The notes under the pieces were generated by a model that searched no databases, had not been told where the DNA came from, and saw only the letters and a list, made by a program, of their open reading frames with translations. 64,000 nucleotides of DNA from Octopus vulgaris (lineage: Eukaryota): assembly GCA_951406725.2 (NCBI GenBank), contig OX597825.1, forward strand, positions 78,306,001-78,370,000, given 5' to 3'. Each line of letters begins with the position of its first letter. Within the stretch, counting starts at the first letter, position 1. The position numbers and the translations under genes were made by a program. Below are positions 24,683 to 36,955 of the stretch, piece by piece.

Positions 24683-24857
24683 TTACTCGGAGTAGCCGCT
24701 ATCAGCTTCTACTACGGCCTCATGACAGCTCTGGAATCTGGTGCAAGAATTCTTCTCTGTGCCCTTGGAGAGAACTTCGAACACTCTCTTGAGGGAGGAT
24801 GGTTTCCCGATAACATCGGCATCAATACTTAACCGGTGGTATTTTATATAATCGACC
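24683..24857 (-). CDS. Orphan exon, HAT-repeat-like when joined to mini-exon 25090-25105: LIWVDYIKYHRLSIDADVIGKPSSLKRVFEVL...
   Basis: Acceptor gttttgcttctccag|G (phase 2) matches donor TG|gtaaat at 25090/25089; W.DYIK resembles the HAT consensus by eye. Confidence 0.35.
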
Positions 24858-26344
24858 CTGGAGAAGCAAAACTTGACTGCTTGATAAATTTGTTTATAAC
24901 TCATTGTGGTTAGTGCCACAGCCTGGCTGCAATCCAATGATTAAAAACCAGTGGGAGGAAAGGAAATAGGAGAGTGTATTTATGATATTATGGCGTCATA
25001 AGTTAAGGAATTAAGGCAAATTAGATAAACTTTTAAGAACATTTGTCAAGACAGTTTGAGATGTTTATGAAAGGACAGACTAAATTTACCATATTAAGCC
25101 TATTTCTGTTAAATCGGTCTTGATAAAACACAGATCATGAAGGAATACGTACATACATACATACATACATACATACACACATACACACATACATACATAC
25201 ATACACACATACATACATACACACATACATACATACATACATACACACATACATTCATGCATACATACATACATTCATACGTACATACATACATACATAC
25301 ATATATACATATATACATACATATATAATAGATACATACGTACATACATACATACATACATATATAATACATACATACGTACATATATACATACATACAT
25401 ATATACATACATACATACGTACATACATATATAATACATACACACATATATAATACATACATACGTACATACATGCATACATACTTACATACATACATAC
25501 ATACATGCATACATACATACATGCATACATACATACATACATACGTATATTTGTATGTATGTATATGTATGTATGTATATGTGTGTGTGTATATACATTC
25601 GTGTATTTATTTCTGTATGTGTGCATATATATTTATGTATGTGTATATATATAAAATATATAATATATATATATATATACATACACACACACAAATATTT
25701 AAATATACACATATATATGAGTATGTACGCAGTTATATTTGTACTTACGCTGCCTCTGTGTGTGCGTGAGAGAGAGTGAGAGGAAGAGAGAGAGAAAGAG
25801 AGAGAGTAAGAGAGAGAGAGTAAGAGAGTAAGAGAGAGAGTAAGAGAGAGAGAGAGAGAGAGAGAGAATGAGAGAGGAAGAGCTTTATGATTATGACACG
25901 TTGTCGTCAATGAGTTCGTTCGTACAATTTCTAGTCATTCAGCAACGAATAAGACGAATAAACGAAAAGAAAAAAAAATATCAAAGAGGAACAGAAGAAA
26001 AAACAACAAAAAAAAACAACAAAGAAAAACAAAAAAAAATAAACTATTAAATCTATATACGCCAGCCCCACCCTCACTGCAACCCCTACACTTCTACACA
26101 AGCAACAACAACAACAACAACAACAACAACAGCAGCAGCAACTACATCTCGCATCCAAACGTCTCCCAACACTTCCTTCCATCTACCAAGGTCCCTTATT
26201 TACCCCCCGCCCCCCACCATTTCTGCCACCCCCTTCACACTCTCACCCCGTACACCAAAACATTTCCCGTGATTGACGTTTGTCATCGCAGATGATAAAC
26301 AAACTACTAAATGTTATTGGTTTGAGGTGTATTTAATTAACCTG

Positions 26345-26440
26345 GTCGTCATAGCAACGTCATAGTAACGTCCGTTAATTCGCTAAAAAAAAAAAAAAAT
26401 GGTTTTCCCCAACAAAACACGAAGTTTCAAAATGGCGGCG
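26345..26440. promoter_or_regulatory. Promoter-like island: RFX X-box plus YY1-like motif
   Basis: GTCGTCATAGCAAC (26345-26358) fits GTHNYY-AT-RRNAAC; overlapping half site GTCATAGTAAC; CAAAATGGCGGCG at 26428-26440. Confidence 0.5.
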
Positions 26441-26644
26441 AGTGTGTTTTCGCTGAATCGTTCGTTTCCTTTGGACATGGAGAAATATTGCAAAGCGCTA
26501 GATATGATAGCCGAATCGGCCCTCATATTACACTTTATTTTCTCTTACGTGCTGCATTTAATAGGCACCGCTACCTCCACGACCACCACGACAACTATCA
26601 GCAGCACCATCGCCAGCACCAGCATCATCAGTAGCAGCACCAGT

Positions 26645-27000
26645 GGAGGCGCAATGGCCCAGTGGTTAGGGCAGCGAACTCGCGGTCGTAAGAACACGGT
26701 TTCGATTCCCAGACCGGGCATTTTGAGTGTTTATTGAGCAAAAACATCTAAGTTCCAGGAGGCTCCGGCGGTGGTGGTGAACCCCGTTTTACTCTTTCGC
26801 CACAACTTTCTTCCTACTTCTGCCACAAAGCAGAGGAACCATAGTGTAACCCACTATGGTGTGGTAAACTTTCAGACCTTAGTCTCCACCCGTTAAAAGC
26901 CACCGTTATTTTAAATAATGAGGATAACAACGTAGCTTTCGCGCCCGAGCAACCGCCAGTCTATCGCATGTGGTGGGTGGATCTTCAAGTTGCCACACGC
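26645..27000 (+). mobile_element. CORE-like SINE head/core with a different 3' sequence (tail W)
   Basis: Head as 6965; diverges after about 26820. Confidence 0.6.
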
Positions 27001-27049
27001 ATTCTTAGTAGCTTAGAGTAGGCTCGAATTAGAGATTATTCTTTGTGGC

Positions 27050-27610
27050 TAGAAGAAGAAGACGAAGGAGGAGAAGAAGAAGAAGAAGAAGAAGAAGAAG
27101 AAGAAGAAGAAGAAGAAGAAGAATTAGGAAGAGGAGGAGGAGGAGAAGAAGAATTAGGAAGAGGAGAAGAAGAAAAAGAAGAAGAAGAATTAGGAAGAGG
27201 AGGAGGAGAAGAAAAAGAAGAAGAAGAAGAAGAAGAAGAAGAAGAAGAAGAAGAAGAAGAAGAAGAAGAAGAAGAAGAAGAAGAAGAAGAATTAGGAAGA
27301 GGAGAAGAAGAAAAAGAAGAAGAAGAATTAGGAAGAGGAGGAGGAGAAGAAGAAGAAGAAGAAGAAGAAGAAGAAGAAGAAGAAGAAGAAGAAGAAGAAG
27401 AAGAAGAAGCATCGCCAATACCATCAGCACCATCAGCAGCAGCAACAACACCATCACCGCCACCACCACTATCAGAAGCAGCACCAGCAGCAACAGCAGC
27501 AACAGTAGCACCGGTAGCACCTGCAGCAGTAGCACCACCACCACCACCACCACCACCACCACCACCACCACCACCACCACCACCACCACCACCACCACCA
27601 CCATCACTAT
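27050..27610. repeat. (GAA)n with recurring ttaggaagagga interruptions, then (CAG)/(CCA)n
   Basis: Directly visible. Confidence 0.9.
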
Positions 27611-27770
27611 CAGTACCGCTATCAGCAGCAGCACTGTTACAGCTAATTATAATTAGATAATAATTATTAAAGTAGAAAAATGATCAGAAAAACCACTTCT
27701 ATTAATTTGTTTTCAAATATATAATACTATACCAAGGATTTTCCTATTTCTCATTCTACTATGTATATAT

Positions 27771-28065
27771 GGAGGCGCAATGGCCTAGTGGTTAGGGCAG
27801 CGGACTCGCGGTCGTAGGATCGCGGTTTCGATTCCCAGACCGGGCGTTGTGAGTGTTTGTTTATTGAGCGAAAACACCTAAAAGCTCCACGAGGCTCCGG
27901 CAGGGGATGGTGGTGATCCCTGCTGTACTCTTTCACCACTCTTTCTCCCACTCATTCTTCTGTTGGCCTGCTCGCTTTGCCAGCGGGGTGGCGTCATTCG
28001 AAGGCTAAAACAGTGCGAACGCATTGTGACCAGCGATGTGTAACTACATCTGATGGACTGGGTTT
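27771..28065 (+). mobile_element. CORE-like SINE, tail Y
   Basis: Matches 9866-10128 with an intact head. Confidence 0.8.
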
Positions 28066-29091
28066 ACAGGTACTCAACTATCTCTTTCGCATTCATCTAA
28101 TAACAGTTTAGCTCTCTTAATTATAAAACAATATGAAACCATTATTCTATACCGATATATTTAATTGTAAGACAGAAATTTAAATGTAATAAAATGTTTT
28201 AAAAGAAATTTAAAGTGCCTACGTGATAACTGTAAGCCTACTTTTGGGCCATCCTGTATATATATATATATATGTATACTGCCATCGATCCATGTCTCCC
28301 TCCCTCCATTCAACCATCCATTCATCCATCCATCCATCCATCCATCCGTACATCCATCCGTAGATCCCTCCTATCCTTCTTTCCATTCAACCGCCCCTCC
28401 CTTCAACCGTGCATCCATCTAGTCATCTCTTCATACATACATACTTACATGCATTATATATGAATACTTACTATATACACACGTTCGCACACGCATTGGT
28501 CACACTTGTACATACACACACACACATACATACATACATACATACATACATACATACATACATACGTACATACATACATACATGCATACACGCATACATA
28601 TACAAACATATATTTGTATACACACAAACTCACACATATATATACACAAATATATGTGTGTATACACACACACACACACACATATATACAGTAGTGGCCA
28701 TAATATAAGGATCAGTAAGAACAAGTGTATTGAAATAGTTAGTAAAGAAGCTTAATAACACGTTGAGACGAGATATTTTACACATATTTAGATATATCTA
28801 ATATCTATCTGTCGTGAAAATTTCAAGTGAATGGAATAAATATTTCATAAGTTATGAAGAAATAAACAATCTTCCAAATTGTAGCGGCCAAAAGTTAAGG
28901 GTCTCTCAGAAAAAAATGAACCGAGGAAAGTTGTTGATTAGAAGACTGTTAATGGGTTAACAGTTATTTCTTAATGATCTTACACTATTGAAGCATTCAA
29001 CAGGTCAACATGACGGCTTGTGAGAGACGACCGTTGTCCTATGATGAAAAGCAAAGGATTGTGTGCTTTCACCAAGAGAGCAAGTCACATA

Positions 29092-30201
29092 TTTTTATCA
29101 GTAGGGGAACTTAGTATCTGTGACCCATCACAGGGCCTTTGAGATTGGTGTGAGAAAGTGAGAGCAGGCGGAAGGTATGAAGTTATCCTACTGTAGGAAG
29201 GTCTAGAAGTGTTGAGCAACGAATTGTAGCTCGTTTTAAGTCATCGAATAGAATGCTCACAGTATCTACTCACGGTATCTGCTGTACGTTCCGAGTTCAA
29301 ATCCTGATGAGGTCAACTTCATCTATCATCCTTTCGGTATCGATAAAAAAAAACAAAATAAAAACCCAGCTCTTCAGATTAACATGGAGAAGTGGATTTG
29401 AAGGACTATAAGAAAATTGGACCGGACAACTCAGTATTTTTTCTGATTCTACGTTCTGAGTTCAAATCTTGCCGAGATCAACTTTGCTTTCTGTGTTCAA
29501 ATCCCACCATGGCCTTTGTGTGTGTGTGTGTGCGTGTGTGTGCGTGCGCGAGCGTGTATGACTGACACTGTCCCCTGTTTAACACTACTACTTGACACCC
29601 TGGATGTCTTTAACCAGCCTCTCACTAATAGAATACTTCCGGCTATTTGTTCTATGCTTTTCGTTCTGAGTTCAATTTCAACCTAGGCCAACTTTTCTTT
29701 CGAACCTTTCGGGTTCGATGAAAAAAACAAAGCAAAACCGGGGTAGAAGAGTATCAGAACTGTAAGAAAATCGAACCAAATGCCTTGCAGTGTTTACTCC
29801 GGCACTTTGCATTCAGGTTTCTTGATTTGTTTGTGTAGCAGACGGAATCTCTCACCTGGTTTAATTCCGAAGTTTTGTCAGTGAACAGGTCGCGGTTTCA
29901 AAGCGACAAAAATATTTTGACACAAATGAAATTTAAATGTTGAAGTGAATCTAACGGTTTTTGTGTGTTCTTGAATGGCTTACAAACATCTTCCACGTTG
30001 CAATTGCTTTTGTTTCAGCACACCATCTCAGATCAAGTCACTTGCTATGCAAGTACATCTCCGCAACATTCTGTTGTAAATTTTTGTGCCAAGTCTCAAG
30101 TTTGAGGATAACTTCGTACCTCCCGCCTGCTCTCATTTTCTCACACCGATCTCGAGGGCCCTGAGATGGGTCACAGATACTAGGTTCCCCTGCTGATAAA
30201 A
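29092..30201. repeat. Pair of ~100-bp inverted repeats (29092-29189 and 30105-30201)
   Basis: ttttatcagtaggggaacttagtatctgtgacccatc...gaagttatcct versus aggataacttc...gatgggtcacagatactaggttcccctgctgataaaa. Confidence 0.8.
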
Positions 30202-30262
30202 TATATAAAAAGCAACAACAACAACAGCAAGAACAACAACAATAACAACAGCAACAACTTAC

Positions 30263-30784
30263 TTTAGTACGTTGTTCAGCAATGGTTTTCTGGGTAATCA
30301 GCTTACAGGTAAGGGCGCGTTCTTTGACCAACTGTTCGCGGAGTTCCTCACATCGTTCTAACAACGCTCCTTCTCCTTGTTTGATGGCCTCGATAGTCAT
30401 ATTGGCCTCCTGAACAATGGAAACATGTTTCTTTTTATTTACCCTTCTGGGCTCAAGCCCGCCGCCTTCAAAAAGCTTACATTCCAACCCTTTGTGTAGA
30501 GGTGACGACGGGTACTTCCCCGAACCACTGCTGCTCCCACCGCTTTTATAACTGCTACGGCTGCTACCGCTACTACGGCTGCTGTTGGTGCTTCCGCAAT
30601 AACTATTGCTACTACTACTACTACAATTCATTAGGTGTGATAATGTAATTAACCCTCCACATAATCCATCGATTTTACCGTTACCATTATCGTTGCTAAA
30701 CCCAACAGGACCCTTCAAAATAGCACCGCCACCAACAAGAGCAACTCTATTCCGTGTATAGCTAATACAGTTACACTTGTTCAT
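30263..30784 (-). CDS. Coiled-coil protein gene, first identified coding exon (174 codons; Ser/Gly-rich N-terminus then coiled coil)
   Basis: Acceptor ttatctacag| at 30790/30789, ATG 30784, donor AAA|gtaagt (phase 0); EQLVKERALTCKLITQKTIAEQRTK continues into exon 2. Confidence 0.8.
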
Positions 30785-30798
30785 GCTAACTGTAGATA

Positions 30799-30852
<54 letters not shown>

Positions 30853-31114
30853 GTATATATAAATATATTTATATACACGTTCGGCGAAAACCCCAGGAAA
30901 AAGGATTGTATTTGCACTGCATTGGATCTCTTGGAACTAATGCAAGTACCGAAAGCGAAGGCATCGGACGAAGAATGTAGTTAGTCCATGTAATTCACAT
31001 GTATAAATGTGAAGTCTTATGGCTTTTCTACGTCTTTCGTGAAGAATGGTAATAACCCACACACACATACACACACACACAACAAGTCATCGTTGTTGTC
31101 GAAGTTGCGTTTAA

Positions 31115-31149
31115 TGACGTCATAGTGAGGATTATATTTTACCGGAAGT
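31115..31149. promoter_or_regulatory. CRE (TGACGTCA) and ETS (CCGGAAGT) motifs, candidate promoter of the coiled-coil gene
   Basis: Both perfect motifs lie within 35 bp, about 330 bp upstream of the first coding exon on the minus strand. Confidence 0.45.
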
Positions 31150-31293
31150 TCTCAAGTTTTAAAAGGAAGGCGTTTGTTTCGATTCTATCTTCGTAGAAAA
31201 GTTTGTACATCACAAATGTCTGTGTGTCTGTGGGGTGGAGGGTGTTTGAGAATTTACCAAAAGCAATTAATAGCTGCAGGCAAGATGTGAAGT

Positions 31294-31547
31294 GTAGGGC
31301 CATATGAATTGGTAATATGACCAGGCCAAATATGAAATGTGGGAAGTATTGAGCAGTAATATACCCAGATCAGATATTAAAAATGGGCCCATATTAATTA
31401 GTAATGTGACCAGGTCAAATATGAAATGTGGGCCGTTATTGACTGGTAATATACCCAGGTCAGATATTAAAAGTGGGCCCTATGAATTGGTAATATGACC
31501 AAGTCAAATGTGGAACGTGGGCCGTATTGATTGGTAATATACCCACA
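31294..31547. repeat. Minisatellite of ~44-bp monomers alternating A/B (~89-bp dimer x3)
   Basis: gggccc.atgaattggtaatatgaccaggtcaaatatgaaat alternates with gtgggccgtattga.tggtaatatacccaggtcagatattaaaa. Confidence 0.85.
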
Positions 31548-31589
31548 GAGAAACGACCCTTCATCAGTTGTCGGCTGTCTATCTACTCC

Positions 31590-31646
31590 TCATTTCGAGC
31601 ATTCAACGACAAAATGAGTCTTCAAAAACAATTTCTCCCATAAATT
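31590..31646 (-). CDS. Putative terminal exon of the ~282-aa gene: NLWEKLFLKTHFVVECSK*
   Basis: Acceptor gaattttattttag|AAT, phase 0, matches the donor at 32065/32064. Confidence 0.5.
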   Translation of the reverse strand, partial: NLWEKLFLKTHFVVECSK

Positions 31647-31682
31647 CTAAAATAAAATTCAGCATTTATGGAGGATCAAAGT

Positions 31683-31754
<72 letters not shown>

Positions 31755-32064
31755 TATGCATACAAACACACACATGTGTGTGTGTGTTTGTTTGTTTTTG
31801 TCCCCCACCCGTGTTTACATCCCCGTAACTTAGTGGTACGGCGAAAGAGACAAATTGAATAAGTATTAGGCATTAGAATAATAAAATAAGTTCTGGGGTC
31901 GAAATCGTTCGACTAAAAGCTCTTAAAGCTGGTGCCCCAGCGTGGCCGCAGCCAAGTAGAACATAAACGATTAGCCCTTTTGCCTGGCAAGCTAAACGAT
32001 TCCGGCCCCACCCCCACCGCCTTAACTAAGCAGTAAAATCACATAAACTCATACAGTTACTTAC

Positions 32065-32856
32065 AATGTTTTCAATCTGGTGTCTCAGACTGATACAGTC
32101 AGGCTCCAAATCTGTATTAATCGCATTGTCTTTCAGTTTGTTCGATTTTTCCCTCAGAGGAAAATATTGAGCTTCATCATTCAAGTCGCTTGTAGAGCCC
32201 CAATTATCATCTTTCTTTACAACAACCAAATGTTCAGAGAAGCCATCTTCGTCAGACACCAATAAGTCATCATCCAACGGCAATGATTTAGACTTGTAAT
32301 TAGCCTTGCTACTTTTTTTCAGAGCGCTGTAGTTGATATTACCCGCAATAGATATTTTGTCTGCGTTTCTGCCTCGGTTCTGAATATTAGAAGGAGCCTT
32401 AATGGATCTTAATAAATGCTCTTCTGTCTTGGTACCATTCGTCAACGGTGCATTTTTCACGATGTTACCAGTTTTTGATAAAGCACATTCCTCGTCAGAC
32501 GATTCGTGGGAACGATTTAGTGAAAGATTCTGAAGGAATGCCAAACTTCGTTCTTCAGCGCCTTTAAACGAAATCTTTGTATTCTTAAAGACAAATGGAA
32601 CATCGTCGGATAAAGCTGAAGATGCAGAATCAGAAATGGCGCAGCATTTGGTAATAGGGAAGTTACAGGCAACAAGTCCGTCCGACGTGTCTCTTTCGAG
32701 CTTGGAGTTCCACCTGTCACCGAAACGGTCTTGGATACTGTCGTGCTTTTGTCTGTATTTTTCTCTCTCAATGCATTTTTGCATTTCCGGAGCAGCAGAC
32801 AAGATACTAATATCCGAAAGTCTTTTACTGTTCGTTGGTGGTGGGCAAGAATTCAT
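32065..32856 (-). CDS. Large coding exon (264 codons) of an uncharacterised, probably disordered S/D/K/N-rich protein
   Basis: Long non-repetitive ORF in AT-rich DNA; acceptor ctctttcctctgtag| at 32898/32897 with an in-frame stop before the ATG; donor ATT|gtaagt. Confidence 0.7.
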
Positions 32857-33099
32857 GTCTTTATTTGTTGAAGATGCATAAATTCAATATTCTGGTCCTA
32901 CAGAGGAAAGAGGAGTAAAAAGTTCAGAACAGGAAGCTGGAAATTTAGCGAGGTTAGAACTACAGAAATGGCAATAATAATAATAATATTCTTTGGAAAT
33001 TAATAACAACAATAACTACGATGACGACAACAACAACAACAACAATGACAATAATGAAATGATAACAATATCAATAACAATACTGATAATGTTAATAAC

Positions 33100-33288
33100 A
33101 TGGATGATGATGATGATGATGATGATGGTGATGGTGATGATGATGATGGTGGTGTTGATGATGATGATGATGGTGATGGTGATGATGATGATGGTGGTGT
33201 TGATGATGATGATGATGATGATGTTGATGATGATGATGATGATGGTGATGGTAATGATGATGATGGTGATGGTGATGATGATTATGAC

Positions 33289-33336
<48 letters not shown>

Positions 33337-33359
33337 GGTGGTGGTGGTGGTGATGATGG

Positions 33360-33400
<41 letters not shown>

Positions 33401-33610
33401 TGATGATGATGGTGATGGTAATGGTGATGATGATGATGTTGATGATGATGATGATGATGATGGTGATGATGTTGATGATGATGATGATGATGATGGTGAT
33501 GGTGATGATGGTGATGATGATGAAGAGGAGGAGGAGGAGGATGCGATGATGATGATGATGATGATTATGAAGAGGAGGATGCGATGATGGTGATGATGAT
33601 GTTTATGACG
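33100..33610. repeat. (GAT)/(GGT)n tract
   Basis: Directly visible. Confidence 0.95.
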
Positions 33611-33708
33611 ATTTCTTTATTTACTACGAAGGGTTCATAAGAAGATACTTCTTGCCCAAACTACAAGCAAAGTGGGGGTTAAAGACCAAGGCTGAGCCGT
33701 TTCCCGCT

Positions 33709-33721
33709 GTTGCTTAGTAAC
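33709..33721. promoter_or_regulatory. RFX X-box-like motif GTTGCTTAGTAAC
   Basis: Near-palindromic X-box in a CpG-richer island ~0.8 kb upstream of the 32897 acceptor. Confidence 0.45.
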
Positions 33722-34004
33722 CGCGCCATGGCAGTCACGTTCATTGTTGGTACATTCATACGCGTTTCATATTGTTATATGCATCTCACATCGTTGAATA
33801 CTTGCCCAAGGTGTCGCGTACAATAATATTAAACCCGAAAAACATCGAATGAAAAAAACATAATTTCCAAATATGAAATCGTAATTATCTGAGCCGAAGC
33901 GTTATTAATAAGATTACACTGTTTTGTACGATTAAATTTAATTTTCAAAGATGAAACAGTTTTTAAATATTTACATCTACGCCGGTGGTGGACAATGAGG
34001 CTAC

Positions 34005-34011
34005 AGTTGTT

Positions 34012-34042
<31 letters not shown>

Positions 34043-34353
34043 TTGTTGTTGTCGTCGTCGGTTGCGTTTGTGGTGAAATTGTTGCCACCACCACCATCAT
34101 CACCATCATCACCACCACCACCACCACCACCACCACCATCATCATCATCACCATCACCATCATCATCATCATCATCATCATCATCACCACCACCACCACC
34201 ATCATCATCACCATCACCATCATCACCATCACCACCACCACCATCATCATCATCACCATCATAACCATCACCACCACCACCATCATCATCATCACCATCA
34301 TCACCATCACCACCACCACCACCACCACCATCATCATCACCATCACCATCATC

Positions 34354-34406
<53 letters not shown>

Positions 34407-34442
34407 CACCACCACCACCACCACCATCATCATCACCATCAC

Positions 34443-34504
<62 letters not shown>

Positions 34505-34508
34505 CCAT

Positions 34509-34554
<46 letters not shown>

Positions 34555-34571
34555 AGCAGCATCACCACCAC

Positions 34572-34633
<62 letters not shown>

Positions 34634-34670
34634 ACATCACCATCATCATCATCATCAACACCACCATCAC
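34005..34670. repeat. (GTT)n then (CAT)/(CAC)n tract
   Basis: Directly visible. Confidence 0.95.
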
Positions 34671-35536
34671 ATTAGTGATTTTTTAGACGTTGTTGTTGTT
34701 GTTGTCACGGACAGGAATGGCCGATGGCGGTGGTGGTGGGGGTGTTCATTAACCGTAGTAAATATTTGTTTTCTCCAAACTTTCAATCAAGAGAGGAATG
34801 GTTTCATTTCTAATAAATAAGGCGAGTTCCCCCACCTTTCGGTACTACTCCCTCCTTTCCTGTAATTTCTCTTGCCATTTCCTTCTCTTAGACATTGTTT
34901 CAAATTTTGGCACAAGGCCAGCAGTGTTGTTGTTGTGTGTAGGAAATGTGAGTTAAAATTCGATTGCATCGCCCCCAGTGCCTAACTGGTGCTTTATACC
35001 AGTGCTCCCCAAGGTGCCACGCAGTGGTACTGAACCCGGAACCATGTGGTTGGTAAGCAAGTTACTTACCACACAGCCACTCCTGCGCCTAAAGTGATTT
35101 TTAAAACTCAATATTTACACGCTATCATTTATAGTGTTCTAAACTTAATTGATTAATTAATTAAAGAAGGATTACTTCGCCGTCTTTAACTTTCTAAATT
35201 CTTACGACATAAAAAATATATATTTGAGGGTTTAGGTATAATTTTCTTACAATCGTAAGTCTTGTTTATATAATCCAATGGTGGCAGAATGGCCGAATCG
35301 TTAGATTGTCGACACAATAACTTTGGTATTACTGCTTAACACTTTTGATACAAATTCACCTCAAACCGCCCTTGTTTCTATGATAAAAACTCCCTGTTAT
35401 ATGAATTAAAACCTTCCTTGAAAAGTCCTCGCTAGTTTATGTTCCAAATACTTGCTTAATAATGACAATGTTATTTCAATAAATTCTTCGTTATTTTAAA
35501 AATTAATTGAAACCAAAAATAGTATTTTTTTCTTTT

Positions 35537-35726
35537 TTTACTTGTTTCAGTCACATGACTGTGGCCATGCTGGAGCACCGCCTTTAGTCGAGCAACTCGA
35601 CCCCGGGACTTGTAAGCCCAGTACTTATTCTATCGGTCTCTTTTGCCGAACCGCTAAGTGACGGGGGCATAAACACACCAGCATCGGTTGTCAAGCAATG
35701 CTAGAAGGACAAACACAGACACACAA

Positions 35727-35787
<61 letters not shown>

Positions 35788-35945
35788 TACGACAGGCTTC
35801 TTTCAGTTTCCGTCTACCAAATCCACTCACAAGGCATTGGTCGGCCCGGGGCTATAGCAGAAGACACTTGCCCAAGATGCCACGCAGTGGGACTGAACCC
35901 GGAACCAGGTTGGTTAGCAAGCTACTTACCACACAGCCACTCCTG
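35537..35945 (-). mobile_element. CORE-SINE, OR-type
   Basis: Reverse complement of the 8854-9272 family. Confidence 0.8.
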
Positions 35946-36614
35946 TGGACGTGAACGGTAATAAGAACGATTAAACAGTTTTATTTTACAAGTGGACTTT
36001 CAGTGAGATATTTTCAATTTGATGTGGGCGAAGGATTGTCCACTGTTTTAGTCACTAAAAAGCAATTTTTACAACATAACCACCTTTATACTTAATACAG
36101 AATAGCTAAAATTGACTTGAGACACTTTAGGGAAAATAAAATGGAGAGAATTAGTAGAAAGTACTTACAAACGACACAGATAAATATTAAGAGCCGAACT
36201 GAAAACCGGAAATAAGATGGCTGGTTAATACCAAATCGGAAGTAGAAAACATTACCAAAGAAAAATGCGAAATTATCAGGTCTGCTGTTGGTATTCTGCG
36301 AACCTGAACAGAAAGGAAGTGAATATGAAAGCTAACAATGGTCTTGAAAGATCTGTACTAAACGTGAATCTATAAAACAAGCTCAGCAAAAACATGCATT
36401 TTATGAATATCAATATGAAAGGAAACTAACGAACAATTAACCTCATCGTTTGTGGCTGCTGTCCTCTCCTCCTCACAAAGACAGAATGTAGTTACATTCA
36501 TAGTATAAAACTGATGCAATTTCTACATGAAAGCTTAGAAAGCGTGTGTTTCAGTTAGCTCAGTTTCTTGTATGAGACAATAGCATTTTCCTTAGTACTT
36601 AATAAAGGTAAGGG

Positions 36615-36955
36615 TAAGAAAAAAAAAGACCCTCTTCGGTCATGAATAACCATGGGGTTACACCTAGAAAGTTACCCTCCCAGGTACAAGTCCGGGCAAG
36701 GTTGTTTATAGAAGACCAGTCGTCGCCCATGCATATCAGCCTCCACTCTCCACGCCACCGATGGGAAGGCAAAGGGGCCGATACAGCATGGCACCAGTGA
36801 CATCGCAACTCATTTCTACAGCTGAGTGAACTGGAGCAACGTGAAATAAAGTGTCTTGCTCAAGAACACAACACACAGTCCGGCCCGGGAATCGAACTCA
36901 CTACTTCATGTTTATGAGCCCGATGCGCCAACCACTGCGCCATGTGCCTTCACCA
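36615..36955 (-). mobile_element. tRNA-headed CORE-SINE with its own tail
   Basis: Head ggaaggcacatggcgcagtgg, CORE gtgttgtgttcttgagcaagacactttatttcacg as in 18998-19320. Confidence 0.7.

Noticed and set aside
27043-27660. Glu/Pro-rich or protamine-like Arg-rich ORFs
   Set aside because: (GAA)n/(CCA)n expansion open in three frames; no convincing start or splice context.
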